A stretch of DNA of 64,000 nucleotides, from NCBI RefSeq assembly GCF_011745625.1, contig NW_027191463.1, positions 310,001 through 374,000 of the forward strand. Reading direction: 5' to 3'. Each line of letters starts with the position of its first letter. Positions within the stretch are counted from its first letter, which is position 1. Both the position numbers and the translations under genes were made by a program. Below the pieces are notes generated by a model, which saw only the letters and a program-made list of their open reading frames with translations, searched no databases and was not told the DNA's origin. Positions 24,791 to 37,951 of this stretch are shown here, one piece after another. The DNA is from Cladosporium halotolerans. Lineage: Eukaryota.

Positions 24791-25911
24791 ATGCTCGGCC
24801 GCCAGATCGCGGTGGCCCTGCGCCGACCGCTCCAGGCGCGTCTCCGCACCCAAACGCCGACCAGCCTTTGCATCCGCACGTTCACCCAAGCGCCACAAGT
24901 CCTCGCCGGTCGCCCCAAGAAGGCCGTCGGCGAGCCCAGCAAGCCCGTCAAGCGTGCCCCAAAAACCACCGCCACCAAGAACACCAAGGCCAGCGACGCG
25001 GCTGCGAAGAAGAAGCTCGCGGAGAAGAAGAAGCTGGCGGCGAAGAAGGCCGCAGATGCCAAGAAGAAGAAGGCCAAGCGGGAGCTGACGCCCGAGGAAG
25101 TCGAGAAGCGGAAGGCCCGTCTGCAGAAGGCGGAGGTGAAGGAGTTGAAGAAGGCGGTGCTGCCGATTCCGGCCGAGTCAGTGTACAAGACTACCAACGC
25201 CTACGCCGAGTTCATTCGCGAGCATGCGGACAGGTTCAAGAGCGGGATGGCCAACAAGATGACGCCTGCGGAGCAGCAGGCTACCCTCAGCGAGATCTCA
25301 AGAGGCATCGCTTCGGAATGGAAGGCCCTGTCCTCCTCGCAGCACGCTGTGAGTCCCGCTGTGCCGACATCGACGGCCCCGTGACGAAAAACGACGCGCT
25401 TACTGACTTCCTTTCTTTCCCACAGCACTACAACCAACTCGCCAACGCGACCAAAGAGAAATCCGCCGCCGCCTACAAGCGCTGGGTGGAGTCCCACACC
25501 GTCGAAGAGATCAGCATCGCCAACACCGCCCGCCGCGCCCTCAACCGCCTGCACGCCGCGGGCAAGATCCGTTTCAAATACCCCCTGATCTCAGACGAGC
25601 GCAGCGTGAAGAGGCCCATGACCGCCTGGAACCAGTACTTCACGAGCCGCATGGGCAGCAGCGACTTCTCAAACGTGGCCAACAATGAACGCGCGGGTCA
25701 CGTTTCTCAGGAGTGGAAGGCTCTGGACGAGAGCGAGAAGAAGGTACGACGCTCTTTCCCCTGCGGATTTGTTCTGACTGCGGCCCGGACGCTGACCTCT
25801 GTGCAGAAATTCTACGACCTCGCCAGCAAAGACACGGAGCGCTACGTGTCCGAGTACACCGCCGTCTACGGCCGCGCGCCGAAGCACGTCTCTCCCCAGC
25901 CTGCCGCGTAA
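24791..25911 (+). CDS. Mitochondrial HMG-box DNA-binding protein (mtHMG1/HmgB-like); introns 25349-25425 and 25744-25806
   Basis: Arg-rich presequence, GRPKK AT-hook-like motif and K/A-rich tract. Two HMG-like boxes (NAYAEFIRE..EWKALS; KRPMTAWNQYF..EWKALDESEK..Y). Confidence 0.85.
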
Positions 25912-26593
25912 AGCGGCTCGATCGCAACCAGATGGCACTCCTCGGCCTGCGGAGTTCTGACCCAGGCCCGACCCCGACTGTACTAATCCTTGCATGACCG
26001 CACTTTTTCGCCACGGCGCAGGAGGGGGGACGCAGCCGGAAGTCCCGGCGACTCTCGGATGCCGACGTCTCAGTCTCATCGGCAAGAGGAACTGTGCACT
26101 TCCTCATGTACGCGATGTCAGGTCTATCGCCTTGTCGCCTTAGGGACGGGTGGGGGGCTCGCGGCGGCTTTCCTTTTTCCTCACGCTGAATCGATTGCTT
26201 GCTTGCTTTACTGTGCTCGTTCGCTGGACAATACCCCCAGTGGCGGCTGTCTTTTGATTCTTTGCGTAGACGGGGATCGCGAGTCTTGAAACGCGAGACG
26301 TGTTTGTGTTACAGTGAAGGGTATCTTTTAGTATGCAGAACTATGTGATTAAGAACCTTCATCTTCCATCGCAATTTGTCTGTGAGGCAATCGGAAGTGT
26401 TACGCGTCTACACATCGTGCACGCCTCTGGGCATATGGCGGCGTGGATTCGCGCTCGGACGTCGTGCCCGCCGATCTTCCACAGCGAACGACGTCTCCGG
26501 CGATAGGATCCCACACGGTCCTCCGATTCAGGGCGGTGCCGATCGGCTCGCCGATGCGATGCGGCGACGCATCTCTTAAAAGAACTCTTCCAC

Positions 26594-28215
26594 TCACGCC
26601 GCAGCCGCCTGGCTCGCCTTCAGCGCCCCGACGACCGAGAAGCATATGAGCGGCGAGACCGCGTACGAAACCTGCAACCGCATTATTAGCTGCCTCGTCC
26701 CCCTAAACCAGGGTTCACATCCAGATACTGCACATACCGTCAAGAACTTCGCAATCCCCAACTTCACCTCCTCGCCCGCGCCGCTCACGTCCGCCATGGC
26801 CGTGATGCTCAGCGCCGGCGGGCCGACGGGCATCAGCATCATCGCAAACCACAGCATGGGGTCCTCGTCCAGCCAGCCCGTGCGCGTCGCGCACGCGTAC
26901 ACCAGCGGGATGGAGAGCGCGGGCCAGAGCACGAAGCGCACGAGCGTGACGGCGGCCCAGGGGCCCCAGGGCATGGCGCCGGAGGCCTCGCCCTTTTTCC
27001 ACTTGAGGAGGGACGAGGAGAGCTTGATGCCGACGACGATGACCTGCAGGGCGGCGAAGAGGTCGCCGACGTTTTTGAGGGCGGCGGTGAGCCAGGCGTT
27101 GAGGTAGCCGCCGTGTTGCTGGTCGGCGAAGAAGAGGGTGTGGAGGGAGGGGACGAGGCCGATGAGGGCGCCGAGGCAGGTGCCGATGAAGGGGGGGTTG
27201 AGGAAGGGGGCGAGGGAGGAGAGCAGGCGGCGGAGGGGGGTGGGGAGGGAGGAGTAGAGGGTTTGAAGGCGCGCGATGAGGGCGTATTGGCTGTGGGTTG
27301 CGGTGCGGGCGGTGCGGTGGGGGAGGAGGGAGGTTTGCTCGTTGGCGGCGGCGGCGGAGTCGCGTTGGGATTCGAGGGCGGCGGAGTCGGAGGGGGAGTT
27401 GAGGGGGTCTTGCGGGGTTTGTTGGTCGTCGGAGGCTTCGGTGTCTTCGGGCGTGTCGAGGAATTTGGGGCCGAGGGCGAAGGTGAAGGAGTTGGAGATC
27501 ATGGCGTTGACGAGGAAGTAGGATTTGGCGCGGTCGACGACGTCCGGGGAGGAGTCGAGGCTGGAGAGGATGCCGGAGGCGTCGAGGGATTGGACCAGCA
27601 GTAGTGGGAGGCTGGTGGTGTTGTTAAAGGCGAATGCTGGGGTGACCCATTGAGGGAGGTGGAATAGTTTTGTTGCTCCAACGCCAATGCCTAGGGAGGC
27701 GAGTTGGTAAAAGATGGACCAGAAGATAATGGGAACATAGCGAATGCCCTGACGATGCCGTTAGCGTTCTGGTTGGGCGGCGCCGAAAACATGTGCATTT
27801 GGTGATAATCTCGCGGTGTAGCCATGTTGCTTGATAGCCAATGGCTCATCAGTCCAGTATCTTGAGAAGACAACGGTGCACGACAAAGCTGTTGTAGCCA
27901 TGGTCAAGTGTAACTAATTGTGGATACAGACCGCATGGCCATGTCCACCTCGAAATCTAAAGCTCGCCCGGGATATCAATGCAGGCCAGCAGGGATGCTT
28001 ACGGTATCAGCGTGGAGTTGGCTTCCGACGTTGACGATCAGGAGTGCCGGCAAAAATAACCGCACGGCGACTTTCGAGATCTCTTTGGACGAATCGGCGC
28101 CGATCAGCTGGAATTGCGAGGCCAGGACACCGGCGAAGATGGTCAAGAGAACAGCGACAGAGGCTTGCAGAGCGCCCAGGAAGGGAATGAGCAGCTCTTG
28201 GGTGGCTTGCCCCAT
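26594..28215 (-). CDS. Auxin efflux carrier (AEC/Mem_trans) family membrane transporter; introns 27749-28002 and 26672-26737
   Basis: PFLGALQASVAVLLTI, LFLPAL, FNNTTSLPLLL, NPPFIG and MMLMPVGPPA motifs; many TM segments; splicing keeps the frame. Confidence 0.88.
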
Positions 28216-29066
28216 TGTGTACTGAGAGAATGAGAGACGAGGGTGTCTAAAGAGGGGACTGGATCATGGTACGATAGCTGGAAAGGCAGGGCTGGAGCGA
28301 GAAGAGTACGAGTTTGCTTTGTTTTTCGCGACCAAGGCGAGATGGGACCTTGCTGTACTAGCGAGGGAGGCGAGATAGCGTGCGAGATTGCCGGATTGAG
28401 ACGTCATTTTGCCGCCGTCGTGTCGCGTCGACCAGGTTTGGGAGGGGCTTCGGCAAGGAGATGGAGTGTTGGCGCTTCTTCTATGGATGCTGTCTGATGG
28501 CCAGCGGTAATCCCAGAGAATGGCAGTCGTGAAGATAGAGCGCGTATATCGGGAATGTGCCAAACACAGCGCAATCAGGCGTGTCTCCGGCGTTACAGGC
28601 TGCGTCTCACACACGCAAGCTGCTCACGAGTCGCGAGGGGGCTGACGGGGCTGAGATCCACAGCGGAAGCCGGCAGTGGCTTGTGGAGGGCGGTGGGCGC
28701 TGCGTGCGCCCGGGGCCCTGCAGCCTGCCAGAGCACTCGACTCTCTCAAGTTCGCACCGCCCGCACGCAGCGACGCTTCTGTTGCTGTTGTTCTCTCGTC
28801 GCAGGCGACACTCCGTCTCTTGACCCTACAACCAGCGCCGCCGTCCTGCCCGCCGCGCCCGTCCACCGCCCCCGATCCACCCGTCCGCAGCAAAACGCTC
28901 TCCCTCGACTGTCTCTAGCCCTCCGCCTCTGCCGCCGCCGTCCCCCGGTGCACGAGCTTAAAGTCACCTTTCCATTGCATCACCATCTCGAAATCGGCGT
29001 TGCGCCTGCCTCTGTCTGAACCCCCTACCGCGCCATCAGCCCGTCGCCCTTTATCTTCTCGCAATC

Positions 29067-30245
29067 ATGGTGGTCAACGAGACCCGGAAGCGCCTGTTGC
29101 GCCAACTCAACTCTCGCTGGATCAAGGGTCGCATTGTAAGAGTCGCCATCACACCACGCCTCGTGCGCTCTGCGTTCACCACCGGCGCTTGCTCGTCCAC
29201 CCTTGCCGCATGAGCGCTGGCTACACAAAACCGCTTGCTCTCGTCGGGAAAGTTTGGGCTTCGCGAGACCGCCGTGGTGCGCAGCGCCTGGCTTCGAGGA
29301 ATGCACCGCTGACACTTCATCTCGCCAGCCCTTGCTGCACACCATCGTCTTCCTGATACAGCTTGCCATGGTATCGCTTCTTGTGCGCAAGTTCAACGCC
29401 TACTATGCCGCCCGACCACTCCTCACGACGATGATCACCAACGCCGTATGTCTCTTCCCTGTCTGCCCATACACTGAAGAAACACGCTTGCTGACGACTG
29501 CCCCAGGTTCTTGGTGGCATCGCCGACACAGTCGCACAGACACTCACCGCAGTCCGCATGAGACAGGCTCGTCGCGACTCTATCGCTCCTCACAACCAAG
29601 ACGCCCACAAGGATGACTTCTTCAACGTCGAGATTCATGAGCTGGAAGGCAAGGTGCCGTGGCCCGAACCAGACTACCTGTCCCCCAACGCACAGAGGAA
29701 GCTGCCTCCGCCGTTTGACTTTGAGAGAATGGTCAGATTCATGGCATACCCCTGCATCATGGCGCCGGCGCAGCTCAGATGGTTCGCCTTCCTGAGCAGC
29801 ACCTTCCCGCTCGGTGGCGGCAAGAGCACAGTCAACGCTATGAAGCGTGTAGCTTTTGATCAGCTCCTGTTTGCCCCAGTTGGTACGTATCCGATTTGGA
29901 GAGGCAGACCAATGCCCCAGAGACTAACAGTTTCCCAGGTCTTGGTTGTTTCTTCGCATTCATGACAGTCGCAGAGGGCGGTGGAAGGCGTGCAGTCGTC
30001 CGCAAGTTCCAGGACGTTTACGTGCCTGCGCTCAAGGCGAACTTCCTCATTTGGCCCGCGGTTCAGATGCTCAACTTCCGTGTTATCCCGATCCAATTCC
30101 AGATTGTAAGTTTCCGACCGCGATCCACCTCCACAGCCGAGGCCACCGCTAACAACCCCGGAAGCCCTTTGTGTCCACCGTCGGTATCGCTTGGACCGCC
30201 TACCTCTCCCTCACCAACTCGGCCGAGGAAGCCGCAAGCCCTTAG
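29067..30245 (+). CDS. Mpv17/PMP22 (SYM1-like) membrane protein; introns 29136-29328, 29446-29506, 29883-29938, 30106-30164
   Basis: RPLLTTMITNA|VLGGIADTVAQ, FDFERMVRF, KRVAFDQLLFAP, KANFLIWPAVQMLNF and WTAYLSLTN motifs. A second in-frame ATG lies at 29368. Confidence 0.9.
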
Positions 30246-30773
30246 GAAGACTTGTCTTCCGACTGTCTCACATACTACGAACCCTGACTACAACACATCT
30301 TTTTGCATATACTGCGGCGCTTTTGCGCAGATTCGGGGCTGCGGATGCTCCCTATCAGGAGTTGTTACCTTATACATCGTACGGCGTTGGTGGAGTTTGA
30401 TGTCATTGCATTGAGATATAGGGCAGGACCGGCCTGCGGTTTGCTTAGGGTGTACTTATCCACTAGACGTGATACCCTGTGATCGTATGAATTGCTTAGT
30501 CCTGAATTTATTACCTCGCTTCCCTAACAATCCTCGTCGCGCTTCCTGCCATTACGGTCCTACCCCGTATTTGGCCGATGATCGGGCTGATGACTAGAGT
30601 CGGTCCGTGACGACGTTTGGTGGGCTGCGGGGCAGCTCCGATATCTGTTGAGACTCCCTCAAGTTTTCCCAGCTTGTTGACCACAGACTCATTGTCACAC
30701 ACAGCAAAGGTACGTTCGCACTCCCCATTCCGTTCACACACGGCTTTGCTAACCGCCCAGCAGCACAGCAAAG

Positions 30774-31331
30774 ATGTCTCTCGCCAGCAAGCTCTCCATC
30801 ACCGACGTCGACCTTAAGGACAAGAGGGTCCTCATCCGCGTATGCCCCTCCATCAACACCCCTCATCGACCATTCGCACCGCAAAGCTGACAGCATACTC
30901 CCAGGTCGACTTCAACGTGCCCCTCGACAAGGAGACCAACTCCAAGATCACCAACAACCAGCGCATCGTCGGCGCCCTCCCCACCATCAAGTACGCCATC
31001 GAGAATGGCGCCAAGGCCGTCGTCCTGATGTCCCACCTGGGCCGCCCCGACGGCAAACCCAACCCCAAATACTCCCTCAAGCCCGTCGCGGCTGAGCTCG
31101 AGAAGCTCCTGAACGGCAAGAAGGTCACCTTCACCGACGACTGCGTCGGCGAGGCCGCGGAGAAGACCGTCAACGGCACCACCGACGGCGGCGTCGTGCT
31201 CCTCGAGAACCTGCGCTTCCACGCCGAGGAGGAGGGCAGCAGCAAGGACGCCGACGGCAACAAGGTCAAGGCCGACAAGGGCGCCATAGAGCAGTTCCGC
31301 AAGGGCCTGACCGCGCTCGGCGACGTGTACA

Positions 31332-31362
<31 letters not shown>

Positions 31363-32101
31363 GCACAGCTCCATGGTCGGCGTCGACCTGCCGCAGAAGG
31401 CCTCCGGCTTCCTCATGAAGAAGGAGCTCGACTACTTCGCGCAGGCGCTCGAGCAGCCCAAGCGCCCCTTCCTCGCCATCCTCGGCGGCGCCAAGGTCAG
31501 CGACAAGATCCAGCTCATCGACAACCTGCTCGACAAGGTCAACCTGCTCATCGTCTGCGGCGGCATGGCCTTCACCTTCAAGAAGACGCTCGAGAACGTC
31601 TCCATCGGCGACTCGCTCTTCGACGTCGAGGGCAGCAAGAAGGTCGCCGGCCTCGTCGAGAAGGCCAAGAAGAACAACGTCGAGATCGTCCTGCCCTGCG
31701 ACTACATCACCGCGGACAAGTTCTCGCCTGACGCGCAGACCAGCACCGCGACCGACGCCGCCGGCATCCCGGACGGCTGGATGGGCCTCGACTGCGGCGA
31801 GGAGTCGATCAAGCTCTACCGCGCGGCCATCAACAAGGCGCAGACGATCCTGTGGAACGGCCCGCCGGGCGTCTTCGAGATGGACAAGTTTGCCAACGGC
31901 ACGAAAGCCACCATGGACGCGGCGCTCGAGGCCTCGGCCGCCGGCAAGATCGTCATCATCGGCGGCGGCGACACCGCCACCGTCGCGGCCAAGTACGGCG
32001 TCGAGGACAAGCTCAGCCACGTCTCGACCGGCGGTGGTGCGTCCCTGGAGCTGCTCGAGGGCAAGGAGCTGCCGGGTGTCACTGCTCTGTCGAGTAAGTA
32101 G
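30774..32101 (+). CDS. PGK1: Phosphoglycerate kinase; intron 30840-30904; 5'UTR intron 30710-30760
   Basis: [12 protein letters not shown]...[51 protein letters not shown] and [15 protein letters not shown] motifs. Confidence 0.99.
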
Positions 32102-32476
32102 ATTGTTCCTGTCCCTTTCTGAAAGGAGGGTGGGAGCGAGTTTAGATATTCCCGACGACAAAAATACGAAAAATGTGTTTATGACCTGACAATTTGTGTT
32201 CTTTCTCAAGGCCGGGCGGCGAAGACCTCTTTGCTCTAATTTTCTATCGGAATTGAGTTGCTCTAGATCATCCGTGGACTAAAGAAAGCGTGGAAGAAAA
32301 TACCACCATTCATAATTCACGCACACATCCCGTGCACATATAGACAGCGACAATGCTAAACGAAAAGAGAGAGTACTGGGAGAACATGCGGCATCAGAGA
32401 AAGACGACCTCATTAGCCCTTTTCTCCACCAACATCGGATCTATGAACAGTACCCCTCCGCATCTATCTCCCCCTC

Positions 32477-34907
32477 TCACGTACTCGTCAACGCAAGACA
32501 AGCGTCCACCGCCCTTCCCACATGCCCCTCCTGTGCCCTCACAACGTCAAAAATCACCTCCCGGTCCAGGTTCGGGAACATCCCCTGTAGCGTCCTATGA
32601 AATCACCACTCGTCAGCAAAAGCGACCCCACTCCAAAAACAAGGCAAAGGACAAAACTCACTCAACAACCAACCTCTCCTCCCTAGCCCTCGCCCGCCTC
32701 CCCTCCTCAGCCTCCAAACTCGCCTTCTTGACCGCCTCCCTCTCCCCGGGATACGGCCGCGGCGGCACGGGCGGCGGCGCCTGCTGTTGCTGCTGCTCAC
32801 TACCGCTTCCATTCCCTCCGTCGTCCGAGAATATCCGCCCAATGCTCGACAGCGGCTTCTGGATGCTCCGCAGCAAGCCCCCCACGGCGTCGAACTCCTC
32901 GTCGTGCATGCCGGAGCCGTGGATCGTGTCTGACGAGGCACCGGTGCGCGGGTTCGCACTGCGGCTGCGCTGGGAGCTTTTGCGCGGCGACGAGCGCTCG
33001 CCGTCCATGCTGTTGCGGGGCGTGACTTCGGGCCTCGCGGGCGTGGACTTCTCGCTCAAGTGGTGCAGGCCTGGGAGGGGGCCTGTTGCGGCGGGCTGCG
33101 GCGGCGGGCGCTCGGCGATGGCGCGCACGGCGGTCTCGACGTTGCGCTCGAAGTCCTCGTCCGAGACCGTCAGGCTCGTGCGGTCGAGGGATTCGATGAA
33201 CGTCACCACGCCGGTCAGCGAGGACATGTAGTAGCCGGCTTCGCCGCCGAGCTTGTCCTGGTTGCGGAAGCGCCAGATGTACTGGACGTTGCTGACGAGG
33301 TGCTCGGGCGCGGCGCGCAGGACCGTGTAGATGAGGAGTGGGACGAAGGCGTCGGCAGATTGGTCTGCTTTGCTGCTGCTGGACTTGAGGTAACCGAAGA
33401 GGACCTTGCAGGTGTTGAGGACGCAGATGACTTTGTCGCGGGGGGCGCGGTAGGTGTTGATTTTGAGGAGTTCTTTTTGGGCCATGGCGAGGAATTTTTG
33501 GGACTTCTCGCCCGTCACGGGCTGGATGTCGAGGTGCTCTTCCTTTATCCAGCCGTAGATGCGCATTTTCTGCGCGATGACCGCGTCGCGCTCGACGTCC
33601 TCCTCGTGCTGGCCGCGCCGGCCGGGGCCGTGGGGGCTGGCGGCGTCGGCGGCGAGGCGGCCGGTGCGGCCTTTGCGGGGGGTGTTGGGCGCGCTGGGGG
33701 CGGGGATGGCGGGCGAGAAGGTCTGGGTGTATAGGCGGTTCATGACGAGCTTCTCCATGCCCTCGCGGGCGTTGTCGAACTCGTCGTCGTTGAGGTTCGC
33801 CCAGACCTCGCACTGCGCCATTTTCTTCGTGATGAACTCGAGGAAGTCGCCGATGATCTTGACTTGCTCGTGCACGGCCCATTGTTTCTTGACGAACTCT
33901 TGGAGGAAGGACCGGAGGTAACGGGCGACGGGGTCTGCGGTTCGGTGTCGGAGTTGCTCGAGGAAGCGGTGGAAGTCGAAGGCCGCGGGAGGTTCGGGGT
34001 CGGGTGAGGGAGGAGGTGGCTGGAAGAGCGATGTGCGGTGAGATGTGACGGAAGCGCCATCGTCGGTTGATCCACCACGCTCGGGGCGAGGAGAAGCCAT
34101 GGGGGCGCTTTCTGGCGTGAAAGGAGATCCGAAGAATTTTTCCGTGTCCCGTCGTTCGATTTTAGGTATGGGCGGCTCCTGGCGATCATCTTGATTCTCC
34201 AGGCTCGATGTACGTGGAGGTAGGTGGAATATGGGTTGTTGCTTCTCTAGCCTGGGAGACATGATCTCCTGCTCGCCCAGCGCAGCCTCTTCCTGGAATT
34301 GGTGCATGATCGTCTGGATCTCTTCGCCCGTTTGCTCTGTCGTCCCGGTGGGGGCTTCGGGCACCTCTTGGTTGAATCCCTCCTCCGGAGCGGACTTCTC
34401 GTTGAATTCAGGCTCCTCTGTAGCCTTCCCTTTGTCCTTGCTCTCCCTATGTATGTCGTCCTTCTGTGGTACAGGCGGGGGTGGTGGGCTTGCAGGTAGC
34501 TCACCCTCATTTTCGGGTACCAGAGTAGTCTCTTGCTGTTCGCTCGTATCCGCTGCCTCTGTTTGTACACTCATTTCCGCGGCTCGTCGCGCCAGGTGTT
34601 CGCTGGCCCTCCTTTCGACCTCCGCACGCTCATCCGGCGTTTCTGTGCCCATGTCGATGCCCATGCCTACGGGAGCGGGGGTCGCGGGCTGATCATCTTT
34701 ATGGTCCGCCGCAGAAGGTTCACTTGTAGGAGCATCTACTGCTGCCTGGCCGTCATGAGCGACATCTTTCTCTTGCTCTTCCTTGACGTCGGCTTTACCC
34801 GGTGCAATTTGCGCCGTGGAAGCCTCTTCCACGGGCACACTCGCCCCCGCTAGCTGTCCATGCTCCCTTTCATCTGTTTGCTCCGCTTGCTGGCCTGGGC
34901 TGGACAT
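32477..34907 (-). CDS. VPS9: Rab5/Vps21 guanine nucleotide exchange factor with C-terminal CUE domain; intron 32595-32661
   Basis: FDFHRFLEQLR, EGMEKLVMNRLY, YRAPRDK, SADAFVPLLIY and GEAGYY motifs. The last exon (TLQGMFPNLDREVI..DACLAL) is CUE-like. Confidence 0.95.
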
Positions 34908-35241
34908 AGACGGTGAAATGGCGAGGGTGTATGTTGGGTCCGGTGGCTGTGGCGAGCATGCCGCTTCCTGTCAATCGCCTCGGGGTAGTTGGTCTGCGCG
35001 GCGTTCGGCTCGATCGATTAACAACTCGGCCGGGCCTTCAAGTGCTTGGGGGCTAACAATCAAACCGCAATAACAACCCCAGCGCACTTCCATCAAGCGG
35101 GATGACGATCGTGGCACGTGCCACGCAGCGCCTTCGGTGAAGGGTCTCGCCGAGTGAGACTCGCCGACGGGCCTTGCTTTGTAGGTACTTCCGTTGCGCC
35201 AACTCCTGCGGCGCGCCATCTGTCGAGCTCACACATGCAAC

Positions 35242-37137
35242 ATGTGCGGCATTTTCTGCTCGCTCAGCAGAAACGCACATTTGCCTCCTGACCAGCGGGT
35301 GTTAGACCTGCTGCAACGCCGAGGGCCGGACAGCACGGCTTGCGTGCAGCACACTTTTTGCGGTGGTCAGAAGGCCTCTTCAGATGCATGTGAAAACGCC
35401 ACGGATGCGTATCTGACCTTCACCTCGACGGTCTTATCTCTTCGCGGCTCAAGGACGGTCACTCAACCACTTCGGAACGAGGATGGATCGAGCGTACTCT
35501 GCTGGAACGGCGAGGCATGGTCAATCGGTGGCCAATCAACTCTAGGAAACGATACCGAGGCGGTCTTCGATCTTCTGTCACGAGCAGTGGCATCATCGCA
35601 AGATGCAAAGCAGAACACTAGCGAAGCAACCCTCCACATAGCCAAGCACATGGCTTCAATAGCTGGACCGTATGCTTTCGTTTTCTACGACGCCCATGCT
35701 GGGAGGCTGTACTTGGGCCGAGATCTTCTCGGGCGACGGTCATTACTGTGGAGAACCACAGACGACGGCAACCTCCTGGTGAGCAGCGTCACTTCCGGGT
35801 CTGACTACGGCGCTTGGACTGAAATCGAGGCCGATGGCGTTTACTGCGTTGATTTGGCCGCCGAGCCTTCTCAGTCACCCGATGCGCTCGGTAGTTTCGC
35901 AGTCACAAAAGTACCATACCAGGTCTCTAACGACGACCAGTCAAGTGGCACACTTTCTGTAGGTGATCAACGAACATCCGTGAGCGGCAAATGCTCATGG
36001 TGAGGTAGGTCATTCCATTTCTATCTCTGAACGGAGAAGCATCATCAAGCTATACTCAGCTGAAGCAAAACTCTCCTTCTGTTCTGCGTCTAGAGGAGCT
36101 TTTAGCCGACTCGGTTGCGTTACGCGTATTGAATATACCAGATCCTCCCTCGATGACAGAAGTATCACACGGAGACAGCAGCTCGACACCCACACGACTG
36201 GCAGTTTTGTTCTCTGGCGGTCTCGATTGCACCGTTCTAGCTCGCTTGGCTCATTCGCTCCTTCCTATCTCGGAACCTATCGACCTACTCAACGTCGCCT
36301 TCCAAAACCCTCGCATCCACAAGGCCACCGACGACGATGAGCAGTCATATCTGGCCGCCTTCGAATCATGCCCAGACCGCATCACAGGCCGAGCGTCTTT
36401 CGCCGAGCTATGTGAAGTCTGCCCGGACCGGCAGTGGCGCTTCGTCGCGATCAATGTGCCCTACACGGAAACAGTTGCGCACCGAGACACAATCATCACG
36501 CTGATGCATCCTCACAATACCGAAATGGACCTTAGTATTGCGTGTGCGCTGTACTTCGCAGCACGCGGCACGGGTCTCATGACCACCAACGAGGCAAGCG
36601 CTTCTGCGCCCCTTCCTCAATCTTACACAACGCAAGCTCGCGTCCTGTTATCAGGTCTTGGCGCCGACGAACTTTTCGCCGGCTACACACGCCACGCTAC
36701 GGCATACAATCGACTCGGCTTCCAAGGCCTTCTCGACGAGCTGAATCTGGACATCGGCAGACTCGGCAAACGCAACCTCGGGCGCGACGACCGAGCCATC
36801 ACGAATTGGGGTAAGGAGGCGCGCTTCCCGTTCCTCGACGAGAGCCTCGTCGCATGGGCTCTCGCGGCGCCTGTATCTGACAAGTGCGATTTCGGCGCAT
36901 CCGAGAACACCGACGGCGATCTGAGCGCACAGCTCGAGTCCTGCAAGAAAGTCCTGAGATGCCTCGCCTGGCGGCTGGGCATGCACAAGGTGGCAGCGGA
37001 GAAGAAGCGCGCGGTACGTTCACATGACGGAACGCAACACCATGACAATATTGCTAACAGTATCCTAGATCCAATTCGGCGCCCGCACGGCAAAAATGAC
37101 AACCGGCAAGACAAAAGGCACAACACCCCTATCCTAG
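35242..37137 (+). CDS. Asparagine synthetase domain-containing protein (ASNSD1/YML096W-like); introns 35959-36008 and 37014-37068
   Basis: N-terminal MCGIF, RRGPD, WNGE, GRDLLGRRSL, LFSGGLDC, SGLGADELFAGY, RNLGRDDR and KKRA|IQFGAR motifs. Confidence 0.93.
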
Positions 37138-37951
37138 CTCACGCCTCATGAACACACCGGTATGTCACTTCCACATCTCCTTCTCTCCAACTCCCCGCAC
37201 ACGGTGATGAGTCGGAGCATTGCAACCGCGGTGCTTCGTTACACAGATACTTTCGAGCTGCTTTCCTCGACGGATAGACGGGCAAATTCCGCGAGGTCAA
37301 GTTCCGCGCGGATCAGACCTGCTCTCGGGCTGTGGTTTCTGCGGGCCCTGCTTTCGGGTAGGGCTTGTTTGCAAGCCTGGTCTGGGAGTGAGGGTTTGGG
37401 CGCGCGGCGCAGCTGTGAGACTCTAAAGGCAAGTCTGAGACTTGTGCGGTGGATCAGTTTGGGAAGGGCAATGTGTTTTTCATGGTTGTAAGAGTGAATT
37501 TACTGAATCGAAGCATTGCAGGAATTGATACATTCCCAACGATCACACGCCTACGAAGTTCAGCTGGAGGTGTCGAGCGCCCTGCCGTCAGATCTCGCGG
37601 TCCATAGCACATTGCTACAGTCGCTGCGGGCTGGTCTGGCCTCTTCTCACGAATTCTGGCCTTTGACAGCCGTCGCGTTCATGATGACCGGACATTCGAT
37701 CGAAGTCGGCTGGATACTCTCGTCGATTCCAGGCAGCGCCGTTATCTAGAAGCGATTCCTATCGAAAGGAAGGCAAGGAGCTAAATAGCATGCGAATACC
37801 CCGAGTACAATTCCCCCTATCTCCTCCAGAACATCTTCAGCTTGCTTTGTAGTATCACCAACCTTACCTCATCCTTGCCATTCACATTCCCACTCTTCGG
37901 CAACGGCCAACCACAGGTCGTCAGCAGCCAAGCTTTCACATTTTTTTCACG

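Noticed and set aside
27830..27856. Hammerhead-like CUGAUGA followed by a GCC-AUU-GGC stem on the minus strand in the AEC intron
   Set aside because: The required GAAA after stem II is absent; there is also no matching D box for a C/D snoRNA.
37160..37800. Possible small gene on the minus strand downstream of the ASNSD1-like gene
   Set aside because: No coherent start or exon model and no recognisable motif.
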